Positions 10,740 to 21,189 of a DNA stretch of 64,000 bases are shown here, piece by piece. Made by a program: the position numbers and the translations under genes. The notes beneath the pieces are model-generated. The model did no database searches. It worked only from the letters and a program-made list of their open reading frames with translations, and was not told where the DNA came from. Source of the DNA: Nitrosopumilus sp. (GTDB lineage Archaea > Thermoproteota > Nitrososphaeria > Nitrososphaerales > Nitrosopumilaceae); NCBI GenBank assembly GCA_965218785.1, contig OZ244650.1, forward strand, positions 768,001-832,000. Direction: 5' to 3'. Position 1 is the stretch's first letter. Every line of letters starts with the position of its first letter.

Positions 10740-12340
10740 AAATCATGGCCGCAAAAAAATCAAAACAACCTGAAAAAAAGTTTTTTACAGATTCAAACTT
10801 TTCAGTAAAGCGCATCTATCAAAAATCCTCCAAAAAAAGACCTGCTGAGGATGCGGGAACATACCCGTTTACTAGAGGAATCCATCCTGGAATGTTTCGT
10901 GACAGGTTCTGGACCATGCGACAGTACTCCGGATTTGGAGATGCCAAACTAACTAATGGGAGATTCAAATTCATGCTTGAAAAGGGACAAACAGGTCTTA
11001 GCATGGCCTTTGATCTGCCAACACAGATAGGGTACGACTCTGATTCCCCACAGGCCGAAGGCGAGGTGGGAAAAGTCGGGGTCTCTATAACATCAATCAA
11101 GGATATGATGACTGCCTTTGATGGCATTCCACTGGGCAAGGTCAGCTCATCGATGACTATCAACTCCACTGCATCTACACTGCTTGCATATTACATCGCA
11201 GTCGGCGAATCACAGGGATTCAAAAGCGTCCAGCTTCGCGGAACAACGCAGAATGACATTCTAAAGGAGTACATTGCAAGAAACACCTACATTTATCCGC
11301 CGCAGCCATCAATGCGGTTGATCGGTGATATGATAGAGTACTGTGCAGATAAAGTCCCCTCCTGGTATCCCGTATCAATCTCAGGATACCACATGAGGGA
11401 GGCCGGCTGTACTGCAACCCAGGAAGTGGCATTCACACTGGCAAATGCCATTGCATACATTCAGACCTGCCTGGATAAGGGGCTGAAGATTGACGACTTT
11501 GCACCACGTCTGTCATTTTTCTTTTGCTGCACCATAGAATTCTTTGAAGAGGTTGCAAAGTTCAGGGTTGCAAGAAAAGTCTATGCGAAAATCCTCAAGG
11601 ACATGTTTCATGCAAAAAATCCGCGCTCATTACAATTGAAATTCCACACTCAAACCAGCGGCGAGTCGCTGACTGCACAGCAGCCTGACAACAATATCGT
11701 GCGCGTCGCAATCCAGACAATGGCCGCAGTAGCCGGCGGTACCCAGTCACTGCATACGAATTCCAGGGATGAGGCACTGGCACTTCCCACACAGGAATCT
11801 GCCAAAATTGCGCTCAGAACACAGCAGATCGTCGCCCATGAGAGTGGCATTACAAAGACTGCAGATCCGATGGCAGGCTCTTACTATCTTGAGGAATTAT
11901 CTGATCAAATCGAGGACGGCGTGTGGAAGTATCTTAAAAAAATCCAGAAAATGGGCGGTTCTGTCAGGGCAATCGAGAAGGGATTCTTCCAGTCAGAGAT
12001 AAGGCAGAATGCCTACCGTCTGAAGAAGGAAGCAGACGATGGCAAGCGGATTCTTGTCGGTGTAAACAAGTACCATGATGAGGATGAGAAACAGCCTGAC
12101 CTGCTTAGAATCGGCGGCAAGGTTGAAACCCAGCAAAGAAAGGCACTCAAGGCATTGCGCTCATCTAGGGACAAGAAGAAATGGGAAAAGGCGTTATCTG
12201 CAATGCAGGCCGTAGCTGATACTGATGAAAACCTCATGCCGTACATAGTTACTGCCGCAAAAGCGTTTGCCACCACCGGTGAAATCAGCGATACCTTCAG
12301 GGAGGTCTTTGGGGTGTATCATCCAAAGGAGGTCTTTTAA
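10736..12340 (+). CDS. Methylmalonyl-CoA mutase large subunit (3-HP/4-HB cycle)
   Basis: YPFTRG, WTMRQYSGFG, GLSMAFDLPTQIGYDSD, QNDILKEY, SLHTNSRDEA. Confidence 0.96.
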   Translation: MKIMAAKKSKQPEKKFFTDSNFSVKRIYQKSSKKRPAEDAGTYPFTRGIHPGMFRDRFWTMRQYSGFGDAKLTNGRFKFMLEKGQTGLSMAFDLPTQIGYDSDSPQAEGEVGKVGVSITSIKDMMTAFDGIPLGKVSSSMTINSTASTLLAYYIAVGESQGFKSVQLRGTTQNDILKEYIARNTYIYPPQPSMRLIGDMIEYCADKVPSWYPVSISGYHMREAGCTATQEVAFTLANAIAYIQTCLDKGLKIDDFAPRLSFFFCCTIEFFEEVAKFRVARKVYAKILKDMFHAKNPRSLQLKFHTQTSGESLTAQQPDNNIVRVAIQTMAAVAGGTQSLHTNSRDEALALPTQESAKIALRTQQIVAHESGITKTADPMAGSYYLEELSDQIEDGVWKYLKKIQKMGGSVRAIEKGFFQSEIRQNAYRLKKEADDGKRILVGVNKYHDEDEKQPDLLRIGGKVETQQRKALKALRSSRDKKKWEKALSAMQAVADTDENLMPYIVTAAKAFATTGEISDTFREVFGVYHPKEVF

Positions 12341-12608
12341 CTGGATACTTTTTTTATTGCTTTAGTTGGATGGATGGTTTGAGCAAATCAAGCTGTCTGT
12401 TCTCTTGAACTTGGACATACCATTACACTTTATTCCCATTCTAAATAGAATCATTCTGAATTAGCATCTTTATCAAGAGTCGATCTGACCTTTGATAACT
12501 TGACATGTCCACACCCATCAAAAACCGGCATGAAAAAACACTTCCTACAAGCTAACATAACTCTCTGCATAATATTGAATAACCATTAACTTCAACTCAA
12601 AGACAGCC

Positions 12609-13346
12609 TTGATCAGAATTAACAAAGAATCTGACATTACCATTCTCAATGCATCTGTTACTGATTTTGCAGATTCCCTGGGATACTGTGAATACAAAAT
12701 CCCTTTATCCATTGAGGGCATTAAACCGGTGCCTACTGAGGCACTGATTTCAGGTGCAAGGGCCCACCATGAGGAGGAAAAATTTGAGGCAGAACACGCA
12801 GAATTAGTGCCAGTCTCAGTTGAGCAAATTGAGGATAGGAAGGAAGACATTGAGTTTGCCAGGGAGAACATCTACTCTACTTTGATCATACCTTTTGAGT
12901 TTCCATCTGAGAACGTGTTGCTGAGACTCTCAGGGAGAATTGATAAAATCCTGCGAGTTGATGGGACTCTAATAGTCCAAGATGACAAGTTTGCAGGCAG
13001 GCCGCAAAACTATGATTCCAAGACCCAGCCATATCCGGGCCAACTGCTACAGGTTCTGGCCTATCTGAACTCTAGTTTTTCAGAAAAAAGAAGTGCAAAC
13101 CCCGATGATTTTTTTGACATGCCTCACAGCCAAAAAAAATGGAAGATTAGAATCTGCGATAGAAAGACTCGGGAGCCATACAAGGTATTCTCAGAACTAC
13201 AGGATTCATTTTCACTACATTACCTCCACACATCACTGGAAAAATTTGCCACTATCTCATTGGGTATTACAAAGCCGGAGCATCATAACAACTCAAACAA
13301 ATGTAATGCCTGTAATTTGAAATCATTTTGTGATTACAGATTATAA
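12609..13346 (+). CDS. Stand-alone Cas4-like PD-(D/E)XK nuclease
   Basis: N-terminal YCEYK, G-x-x-x-H (GARAH), LSGRIDKI...VQDDK, Q-x-x-x-Y (QVLAY), C-terminal CNACNLKSFC (Fe-S cysteines). Confidence 0.72.
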   Translation: MIRINKESDITILNASVTDFADSLGYCEYKIPLSIEGIKPVPTEALISGARAHHEEEKFEAEHAELVPVSVEQIEDRKEDIEFARENIYSTLIIPFEFPSENVLLRLSGRIDKILRVDGTLIVQDDKFAGRPQNYDSKTQPYPGQLLQVLAYLNSSFSEKRSANPDDFFDMPHSQKKWKIRICDRKTREPYKVFSELQDSFSLHYLHTSLEKFATISLGITKPEHHNNSNKCNACNLKSFCDYRL

Positions 13347-13586
13347 AACACTATGATCCAACTCATCTAATGGACATGCATGGATTTTGTGTTTTCAAGA
13401 ACCGCATTATGATTGCCACATTTGTGGAATTTCAGATAACAGTTGATGATCATAATTTTGTAGAGTACAAATAACAAAATGATCCTTTCTAATAAAATTA
13501 AGAATTGGTGTGTGTATGGGATGTTTTTAATTGGTAAAAGTACTTTTGATAGCATTGTTTTAATACAATACATCAAGATTGTAAAT

Positions 13587-13793
13587 ATGAAAGGATGGTT
13601 GCCATTGCTGGCAATACCTGTAGTTATGATTGCATTATTTGTGCCCTTTGAAGAATGTCGAGATGATGAAGATAAACCCACAATTTGGAGTCAGATTGCA
13701 TGTCCGGGATGGAGTTCAGGTGATAAAGCGTGTTTGGAGATGGGTTTTATGACTATTTGTGAAACAAAATCATTATTTGAATTAATAAAATAA
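13587..13793 (+). CDS. Small membrane-anchored Cys-containing protein
   Basis: Signal-anchor MKGWLPLLAIPVVMIALF followed by four Cys. Confidence 0.5.
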   Translation: MKGWLPLLAIPVVMIALFVPFEECRDDEDKPTIWSQIACPGWSSGDKACLEMGFMTICETKSLFELIK

Positions 13794-13905
13794 AAAAGGG
13801 TTTAACGATGTCCAACTCTTCTAATGTTTTCTCAAGGTAGAATCCATCAACAAAAATTATTTAGAACCCTAGAGTGATTGCAACAAACACACACCCCCTG
13901 AAATC

Positions 13906-14190
13906 CTATCTTAATCTCCTAAACCCCTTGATTCCTAATCTGACGAAATTATCATCAATTCCAAACCTCTCAAAGATCCGTCTCAAAAAGTAACTTCTAG
14001 CAAAAGAAACAGTGGCATAAACAAATGTAATTGCCAAGTTTGCGACAAGCGGATCTTCCTGAATCCATCCCAGTGACAGGGGTAAAATCACAATTCCCAG
14101 ACCATATCCCACCGGATATCCGCCAAATGAATTGACAAATGCTTCAGACAAACTCTTTTTGTGGGAATCAACTGCCGCCTGATTTGACAT
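13906..14190 (-). CDS. Small membrane protein resembling phage/plasmid proteins (DUF7220-like)
   Basis: SLSEAFVN...GY...SFARSYFLRRIF with two hydrophobic helices; family assignment from memory. Confidence 0.6.
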   Translation of the reverse strand: MSNQAAVDSHKKSLSEAFVNSFGGYPVGYGLGIVILPLSLGWIQEDPLVANLAITFVYATVSFARSYFLRRIFERFGIDDNFVRLGIKGFRRLR

Positions 14191-14483
14191 TATCTCATAT
14201 CCTCCATGACCTCATCTGAGAATGAATCCATTTTTGATGGGGCATCTCTATTCCTATTGAAACCGTTACTCCTCCCGTCATAACTGACATATTCCACTGC
14301 CCTCCAACTGCCATCTGAGTTGCAACACTTTTGGGAATACCTCCACACGATACACGATTCCTTGATAATCCATGCCAAATAATGCAAAACTATCAATCCC
14401 CAAGAAATTACGGGATTTACAAATTTTGACACCCTACAAAACATCCAAAACATGGCGGCGGTGATTTTTAACAGTGGAATCAT
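14190..14483 (-). CDS. Hypothetical protein
   Basis: Start and stop overlap both neighbours, as in a coupled operon. Confidence 0.5.
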   Translation of the reverse strand: MIPLLKITAAMFWMFCRVSKFVNPVISWGLIVLHYLAWIIKESCIVWRYSQKCCNSDGSWRAVEYVSYDGRSNGFNRNRDAPSKMDSFSDEVMEDMR

Positions 14484-14770
14484 TGATCATAAACCTCCTC
14501 AATATTGAATCCCTGATCAAAATCAAAAGAATCTATCCTGTCTGACTCTTCGTTATGTTCTGCATTGCCCCATCTATGCTGACAGTCAATGCATTCCCAT
14601 TTCGGGTCATGATCAGTAACCATGCATCCACCCATGACGATCTCTTTTTTATCTAGCTGCTCCTTTATTGAATCCATATCCGTATACCCCCAAAAAATTT
14701 CTGCAACACTTGAACTTTTACAGTTGGGGCAGTTCAACTTTTTTTGCCCCGATACTCGTGCAAACAGCAT
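14480..14770 (-). CDS. Zinc-ribbon protein with acidic tail
   Basis: CPNC...IFWG...MGGC...PKWECIDC; true start may be the TTG near 14737. Confidence 0.65.
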   Translation of the reverse strand: MLFARVSGQKKLNCPNCKSSSVAEIFWGYTDMDSIKEQLDKKEIVMGGCMVTDHDPKWECIDCQHRWGNAEHNEESDRIDSFDFDQGFNIEEVYDQ

Positions 14771-14922
14771 CCATTCTTTGATCGTTTCATCTTTTCTTCA
14801 ATGTGTGCTGGCAGTTGATCACCCTGTCTTTGAATCAGAGAATCCGCCCTTCTCTGATCTAAACCGTATAACATCTTTTGTACTGTCTGCTTAATACCTG
14901 TCCCGCTTTTACTGCAAGTCAT
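14734..14922 (-). CDS. Small hypothetical protein
   Basis: Overlap-coupled within the minus-strand cluster. Confidence 0.4.
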   Translation of the reverse strand: MTCSKSGTGIKQTVQKMLYGLDQRRADSLIQRQGDQLPAHIEEKMKRSKNGCCLHEYRGKKS

Positions 14923-15003
14923 TCAAATCTTTCCACATAAACTAGCGGTTCATCAGAATCCTCAAACTCTCGAATGATTCTAGGATACATTGCGGGTTTC
15001 ATT

Positions 15004-15429
15004 TTAAATTCCCCTCACAGTTGATGGATGAAATCCGATGACTCCGATAAACTCACAGGTCTTTAGCAGCATCCTATCAAAAGTTATTAAAATGAAATTT
15101 TTTGCTTGACAGAGACTGAGAATTTTATTGTCCCCGTTATGGCATATCTGAAACTGCATACTGATATTTCTGGCATTTTCTTTTTCCTGTTTTTCAACTG
15201 TGATAGTCTCTATGCTGCGATTAAGCAGTTTTGCAACAGTTGAGATTATTTTCTGATGTGTAAAACCCCTGACTCTTTGCACCTCGTTTAATACCACATC
15301 GCAGAGGATTACTCTGATCTGTTTTCCCCTTAGACGGGTTTTGAGTTTATAGGCTATTTGCGGCTTTTCAATAATGTCTATTACTACGCATGAATCTAGT
15401 GTAATTTTTTGAATCTGTATCTGTTTCAT
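15004..15429 (-). CDS. PIN-domain protein (VapC-like)
   Basis: TLDSCVVID, VLNEV, GDNKIL, LITFDRML: the PIN acidic tetrad. Confidence 0.85.
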   Translation of the reverse strand: MKQIQIQKITLDSCVVIDIIEKPQIAYKLKTRLRGKQIRVILCDVVLNEVQRVRGFTHQKIISTVAKLLNRSIETITVEKQEKENARNISMQFQICHNGDNKILSLCQAKNFILITFDRMLLKTCEFIGVIGFHPSTVRGI

Positions 15430-15494
15430 GAATCGCCTTGATGGTGAGAATTATTATATATCATGACAATAGTAAACATACTGATCATACTGTT

Positions 15495-16232
15495 ATGTCT
15501 AAAATTCCCAATCTGCGCATCCATATTGCCCCTGTGGGATATGAGATAGATAGAATCGTACTCCCTGCAAAAAAGATGCGTGCAGACAAGGTGATCCTGC
15601 TGGTCCATGAGAACCCAAGCGAGGACAAGGCGACAAAATTCTATCAAAAGATTTCAGAGCAGCTAGAGGCACTGAACATCGAAGTTGTAATGGAGTACCA
15701 TGATAGAACCGCGTTATTTCAAATTATCAAAACCGTCAAAAATTTGATTTCGCAAGAGTCGGGGAATATAATCTCAGTTAATCTGGCATCTGGTTCCAAG
15801 GTTCAGGCAATAGGATGCATGATGGCATCAATGATGTTCAATGAGGATTCCAATGTAAATCCATTTTACGTGGAGGCAGAAGAGTATCTGGGATTTTCAG
15901 GCAAGGCAATGTCCAAGGGAATCAAGGAGATAGAATACATTCCAACATATGAGATTCAAAAGCCCCAGGAACGGCACATCCGGGCGTTGAAGATTATCGT
16001 AGATAATGATGGACGAATTTCTAAAAAAGAGATGGCAAAAAAGGCAGTGGAGCAAAAACTAATTGTAGTTAATGCTGAAAACCAGTCACAGGCCACATTT
16101 GCAAGTCTTGACAAAAACATCATCTCTGTGCTGGAGAACCAGTGGAGGTTTGTCAAAGTAAGTAAGATTGGACGGACTCGGTGGATTGAGATTACCAAAG
16201 AAGGAAGACACGCAGTGGAATTTCTAATCTAG
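15495..16232 (+). CDS. HFX_2341/DUF6293-family regulator (CARF-like plus winged HTH)
   Basis: LRIHIAPVGYEIDRI, VNLASGSK (CARF-like motif), C-terminal wHTH ISKKEMA...KIGRTRWIEITKEG. Confidence 0.8.
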   Translation: MSKIPNLRIHIAPVGYEIDRIVLPAKKMRADKVILLVHENPSEDKATKFYQKISEQLEALNIEVVMEYHDRTALFQIIKTVKNLISQESGNIISVNLASGSKVQAIGCMMASMMFNEDSNVNPFYVEAEEYLGFSGKAMSKGIKEIEYIPTYEIQKPQERHIRALKIIVDNDGRISKKEMAKKAVEQKLIVVNAENQSQATFASLDKNIISVLENQWRFVKVSKIGRTRWIEITKEGRHAVEFLI

Positions 16233-16888
16233 TTTGAGTGCATCGTGCTAAATTCGCGGGGTATCTGATGCGTGAGACGTACTTGGTTCTTACTGCCTTG
16301 CATCTCTTATATTTTCTGATGTTTTGCATCTTTGTTTTTTTGTATGTGTCACATGGTGCAGTTGAATCTACAAACTGACTGGTTCAAAAATAACCTTGCT
16401 CTGATCATTGTTGCATCTGCCGTCTTTTGGCATTAACTGATCTAGTCATCCTAAACGTACCACTCTGATACTCACTTTTTTGATATCTCCAGTCTCTTGC
16501 CCTCATGAGGAATCTGTTATACCATTGGTTGTTTTGGTACGTCTTGCAGAATTGGGATATTTTTGATGGCTTTTTTTTGTCCCAAGACTCCCTGTTTTAT
16601 TCCCCGATGAAATTAAAAAACAGACTAATGACATCTGGTTCTCTGTCCCTGTAGTTATACTGCCAACGAATCAAATCTGATACAATAGGCTCATTTATCA
16701 AAAATGCCACCGGATTTAATCCTGAGAAGATCCAATTATGTCCTATAACATGTTACAGAGCCAATAAATAAAACCCATAAAACAACTAAATCGTAGAACT
16801 TTGAATGCTGATAAAGAAATGACTGATAATCCGTCCAAAATCGACTGTTATCTCTTACCGCTAATTCATAAAACCGGGGCTTACACAG

Positions 16889-17287
16889 ATGAAGATTGAT
16901 CATATTGCAATTGCAGTAAATGATGTGGAGGAATCTGCCAAAGTATACCGGCAGGCACTCGGTGTTGAGAGTGTGGAATTTGAGACAGTTGAATCAGAGG
17001 GGGTCAAAGTTGCAATCATTCATTTGGAAAACTGCCGCGTTGAACTAATGCAGCCAACAAATGATGCTAGTCCCATCAAAAAATTTCTGGACAAAAGAGG
17101 TCAGGGACTGCATCACATGGCATTGGAGACTGATGACATCAAAGGTGAGGTGGAAAGAATGGAGGGATGTGGCATTCAATTCTTGGGGCAGATCAGGCCC
17201 GGTTCTGCGGGAACCAAAGTTACTTTTATCCATCCAAAGTCCCTTCATGGTGTGCTAGCAGAACTCTGTTCACACTCTAAAGAATAA
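16889..17287 (+). CDS. mce: Methylmalonyl-CoA epimerase
   Basis: IDHIAIAV, VELMQP...FLDKRGQGLHHMA, FIHPK...GVLAEL. Confidence 0.93.
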   Translation: MKIDHIAIAVNDVEESAKVYRQALGVESVEFETVESEGVKVAIIHLENCRVELMQPTNDASPIKKFLDKRGQGLHHMALETDDIKGEVERMEGCGIQFLGQIRPGSAGTKVTFIHPKSLHGVLAELCSHSKE

Positions 17288-17391
17288 CACTCTTGTTTAC
17301 ATGCAATAGCATGCTGTTGACTGCAGAAGATTATCTTCTTTGATCGTCAATCCACTTTGCTGAAACATCTGCAGGTTTTAACTGGGAATAA

Positions 17392-17949
17392 TCATTCCAT
17401 CATCTTTAGCGTGTCTGATGCCGTAATTATTCCCACAACCTTGGATTTTTTTGAAACAAGAATGCATTTTGAATATCTAATTAATGGGACAAGGACGTTT
17501 GCCGGAGTATCAAAATCCACGATTGGCGGAATGGGATCCATCGTATCTGCCAGTTGGGCTTTTTTGAGATCGGCTTCTCCCAAATCTGCAAGATGTCTTA
17601 CAATCCCGTCCTCAGATACGACCCCCACAACTTCTGAATTGTTAAAAACGGGAATCTGACTGATTGACAACTGGTGCATCTTTTTGATTGCATCATGAAG
17701 CGTGTTGGTTGGTTTTAACTTTATGATATCCTTGCTACAAAAATCCCCTGCCCTGTGTGATGATGACTGGCCCTCTAGTTTTGCAAGATTCTCAAAAATC
17801 TTCTTTGCAGTATCATAACTTGGCTTACTCCTTCCGGATTCTATCTGGTTGATCATCGACGTGCTGACTCCAGTCATTGCAGCTAGTTTTTTCTGTGTAA
17901 TTCCGATTTTTTGCCGTATCTGCTTGATTGAATCGATCCTCGGTAACAT
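17392..17949 (-). CDS. XRE-HTH plus CBS-pair regulator
   Basis: RQKIGITQKKLA...INQIESG followed by two CBS motifs. Confidence 0.9.
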   Translation of the reverse strand: MLPRIDSIKQIRQKIGITQKKLAAMTGVSTSMINQIESGRSKPSYDTAKKIFENLAKLEGQSSSHRAGDFCSKDIIKLKPTNTLHDAIKKMHQLSISQIPVFNNSEVVGVVSEDGIVRHLADLGEADLKKAQLADTMDPIPPIVDFDTPANVLVPLIRYSKCILVSKKSKVVGIITASDTLKMME

Positions 17950-17951
17950 CT

Positions 17952-18344
17952 TTACAGGCCTCCGCCGGAAACTTTTCCCAACTCTATCTCATATCCGCTG
18001 GGATCCACAATATACACCGATTTTGATTTCTCCCAGTCTATGGGACCTCCATACAGTACCTCTACTGCCTGCTCCCTGCATCTTGTCATTATTTCATCAA
18101 AATTTGTAACGTTGAATCCAAAGTGGGCTATTCCGCCCTCTGGTGACATATCTGGAACCTCATACATGCATAGTTTAATTGAATCGTTGCCGATAATCAC
18201 TGATGGAACATCTGCCTTGTTTGGATTTTCCTCCTGTCTTATCTCAAAACCAAAAAGATTCCTGTAAAACCCCACACTTTGTTCCAGATTCTTGACTTTC
18301 ATATTTACGTGATCAATTAATACTGCATTGAGGAATTTTCCCAT
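17952..18344 (-). CDS. VOC/glyoxalase-family protein
   Basis: IDHVNMKVKNLEQS...FY, HFGF, YIVDPSGYEIEL. Confidence 0.88.
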   Translation of the reverse strand: MGKFLNAVLIDHVNMKVKNLEQSVGFYRNLFGFEIRQEENPNKADVPSVIIGNDSIKLCMYEVPDMSPEGGIAHFGFNVTNFDEIMTRCREQAVEVLYGGPIDWEKSKSVYIVDPSGYEIELGKVSGGGL

Positions 18345-18374
18345 GTCCTGTTGTAGATGTTGTAGATATTTAAT

Positions 18375-21032
18375 TTACCGCTTCTTTTTAGGTTGCTCGA
18401 TTGCCGCCTGTGCGGCTGCAACGATTGCAATTGGGATTCTATGAGGTGACGCACTCACATAACTCAGATTCACACCGTGGCAGAATTTTATGGAATTTGG
18501 ATCCCCCCCATGTTCGCCACAGATGCCGATCTCCATGTCTGGTCTGGCTTTGCGTCCGTGCTCAATTCCTATCTTCATTAAACTGCCTACACCGTTTACA
18601 TCAATTGACTGGAACGGATTTCTTTCAAGCAGTTCCTTTTCCATGTATTCAGGAAGGAACTTTCCCTCTACATCCTCCCTGCTAAAACTAAACGTTCCCT
18701 GTGTCAGGTCATTTGTCCCGAAACTAAAGAATTCCGCAGTACTTACAAGCTCATCTGCAGTCAGTGCGGCCCTTACCACCTCAATCATGGTTCCAAAGTT
18801 GATCTTTAGCTTTGTTTTGTGTTTTGCCTCCATCTCTTTTTTGATGGAATCATAAATCTTTTTGATGTGATTTAATTCTTCAATACTGCTGATTTGTGGA
18901 ATCATGATTTGAGGATGCGCTTTTACTTTTTTCTTTGATAGCTCCACTAGTGCCTCAAAAACTGCCCGAATCTGCATCTCATAAATCTCCGGATGCGTGA
19001 TGCCGACTCTTACCCCCCTGTGACCCATCATCGGGTTTATCTCTGCAAGCTCTCTTGCCCTTTTTAGAACGACTCTTGCCTTTTTGATCTGCACTACTGA
19101 CTTTTTTAGTTCCATCCTGTGTATCTTTTCGGCTAGTTCCTCGGGGTTTGGCAGGAATTCATGCAATGGTGGATCCAGCAGTCTAATTGTAACCTCGTAT
19201 CCCTCCATTGCCTTTAGAATCTGGATAAAATCACTTTTTTGCAGCTGGCCCAGCTTTTTTAGAACCTTGATCCTCGCGTCGATGTTTTCTGCCATTATCA
19301 TATCTACAAACAGGCCAATCCTGTCTTTCCCATTGAACATTCTTTCGGTTCTGCACAATCCGATTCCCTGACCGCCGAAACTTCTTGCCAGTCTTGCGCC
19401 TTCAGGCGTGTCTGCATTTGCCCTGATGCCTATCTTCTTTGCCATTTGCGCCCATTTCAAAATCTGTCTAAAGTCTGATGTTATTTTTGGCTCTATTGTT
19501 GGGATGTTCCCGATGTATACAATGCCGGAACTTCCGTCAATGGTCATGGCATCCCCCTCTAGTAATGTTTTTCCGTTTATACTGCATTGCCTGTCTTCAT
19601 AATTTATTTTCAAATCCGCACATCCGACAATACACGGTTTTCCCATTCCCCTGGCCACTACTGCGGCATGGGATGTCTTGCCTCCCCTGCTAGTCAGAAT
19701 TCCCACTGATTCAAAAAACGCCGGAACGTCTTCTGGTTTTGTTTCCTCCCTGATTAAGATGACTTTGGCGCCATTTTCCCCCATTGCAGCTGCCCTCTTT
19801 ACATCAAACACTGCTACCCCGCTTGCGGCTCCAGGTGATGCTGCGATTCCCTCTGCCAACTGCTCGTATTTACTGACTTCTTTAGGATCCATTCTCCTAT
19901 GTAGCAACTGCTCGAGTTGTTCTGCATGGAGTCTGGTTAGCGCCTTGTTTTTATCAATCAGCCTTTCTTTGACCATGTCTACTGACGTCTTTACCATGGC
20001 TATCGCATTCATCTTTGCATTTCTTGTCTGAAGCAGGTAGAACCTGCCCTGCTCGACTGTAAATTCAATATCCTGCGGCTCCCTGTAATGCTTTTCGAGT
20101 ATTTCACAGGTTTTTGCCAGCTGCCTGTATGATTCTGGAAGATCCTTTTTCAACTGGTCTACCTGCTTTCCTGTTCTTACACCTGCCACGACGTCTTCGC
20201 CTTGTGCATTGATTAGATATTCCCCGTAGATCTGGCGTGTACCGTCTCCTGGATTTCTCGTAAATACGACGCCAGTCGCACTGTCATCTCCCATGTTTCC
20301 AAATACCATCGAGACGATATTTACTGCTGTACCATCAGCTATATCCTTTGTAATGTTGTTCTTCTCCCTGTATACTACTGACCTCTCACCCGTCCAACTT
20401 CCAAAGACTGCCTTTATTGCAAGTTCAACCTGTTCGGTGGGATTTACCGGGAATTTTCTTCCGGCATGCCTGACACAAATTCGTTTGTACTGCTCTACTA
20501 TTTTTTTCAGGGAATCCTCACTCAAATCACTGTCTAGCGTTACACGCTGCTTTTTCTTTGCAGCACCCAAGACCTCGTCGAATTTCTCGTCATCTACTCC
20601 AAAAACCACCTTGCCAAAAAGTTGAATGAACCTCCTGTACGAGTCCCATGCAAATCTTGGATTGCCGCTTTTCTCGGCCAGACCCAGTACCGTCTGATCG
20701 TTTAGTCCCAGATTCAGAATGGTATCCATCATTCCAGGCATGGAAACTGCCGCCCCGGATCTGACTGATACGAGCAGCGGATTTGACTTTGAATTCCATC
20801 TCTTGCCTGTTCTCTTTTCTATCTTTGCAATATTTTTTTTAACATCTGCCATCAAAGTCCTTGGTAGTTTTTTGTTGTTTTCATAATATTTTTTGCATAC
20901 GTTAGTTGTGATTGTAAATCCCGGCGGTACTGGCAGCTTTAGTCTTGTCATTTCACAAAGACCTGCCCCCTTTCCACCCAGAAGCTTCTTGTTTTTGCCA
21001 TCTCCCTGGTCATAAAAGTAAACTTGTTTCAT
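18375..21032 (-). CDS. ppdK: Pyruvate, phosphate dikinase
   Basis: LLGGKGAGL, SVRSGAAVSMPGMMDTILNLG, GGKTSHAAVVARG, SFGTNDLTQ, GICGEHGGDP. Confidence 0.98.
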   Translation of the reverse strand: MKQVYFYDQGDGKNKKLLGGKGAGLCEMTRLKLPVPPGFTITTNVCKKYYENNKKLPRTLMADVKKNIAKIEKRTGKRWNSKSNPLLVSVRSGAAVSMPGMMDTILNLGLNDQTVLGLAEKSGNPRFAWDSYRRFIQLFGKVVFGVDDEKFDEVLGAAKKKQRVTLDSDLSEDSLKKIVEQYKRICVRHAGRKFPVNPTEQVELAIKAVFGSWTGERSVVYREKNNITKDIADGTAVNIVSMVFGNMGDDSATGVVFTRNPGDGTRQIYGEYLINAQGEDVVAGVRTGKQVDQLKKDLPESYRQLAKTCEILEKHYREPQDIEFTVEQGRFYLLQTRNAKMNAIAMVKTSVDMVKERLIDKNKALTRLHAEQLEQLLHRRMDPKEVSKYEQLAEGIAASPGAASGVAVFDVKRAAAMGENGAKVILIREETKPEDVPAFFESVGILTSRGGKTSHAAVVARGMGKPCIVGCADLKINYEDRQCSINGKTLLEGDAMTIDGSSGIVYIGNIPTIEPKITSDFRQILKWAQMAKKIGIRANADTPEGARLARSFGGQGIGLCRTERMFNGKDRIGLFVDMIMAENIDARIKVLKKLGQLQKSDFIQILKAMEGYEVTIRLLDPPLHEFLPNPEELAEKIHRMELKKSVVQIKKARVVLKRARELAEINPMMGHRGVRVGITHPEIYEMQIRAVFEALVELSKKKVKAHPQIMIPQISSIEELNHIKKIYDSIKKEMEAKHKTKLKINFGTMIEVVRAALTADELVSTAEFFSFGTNDLTQGTFSFSREDVEGKFLPEYMEKELLERNPFQSIDVNGVGSLMKIGIEHGRKARPDMEIGICGEHGGDPNSIKFCHGVNLSYVSASPHRIPIAIVAAAQAAIEQPKKKR

Positions 21033-21189
21033 TTTTACGATTAACCAATCCAAGAAAGGGGGTATTAAACCATTGACTTTAATTATGATTGTCAGTTATA
21101 CTGATACTTTTTTCATGGGTTCTCCAATATCAAATCCTTTCCAGTATTCTGGAAACCTGCTAACATCATATGCCGGATCAGACTGATTT

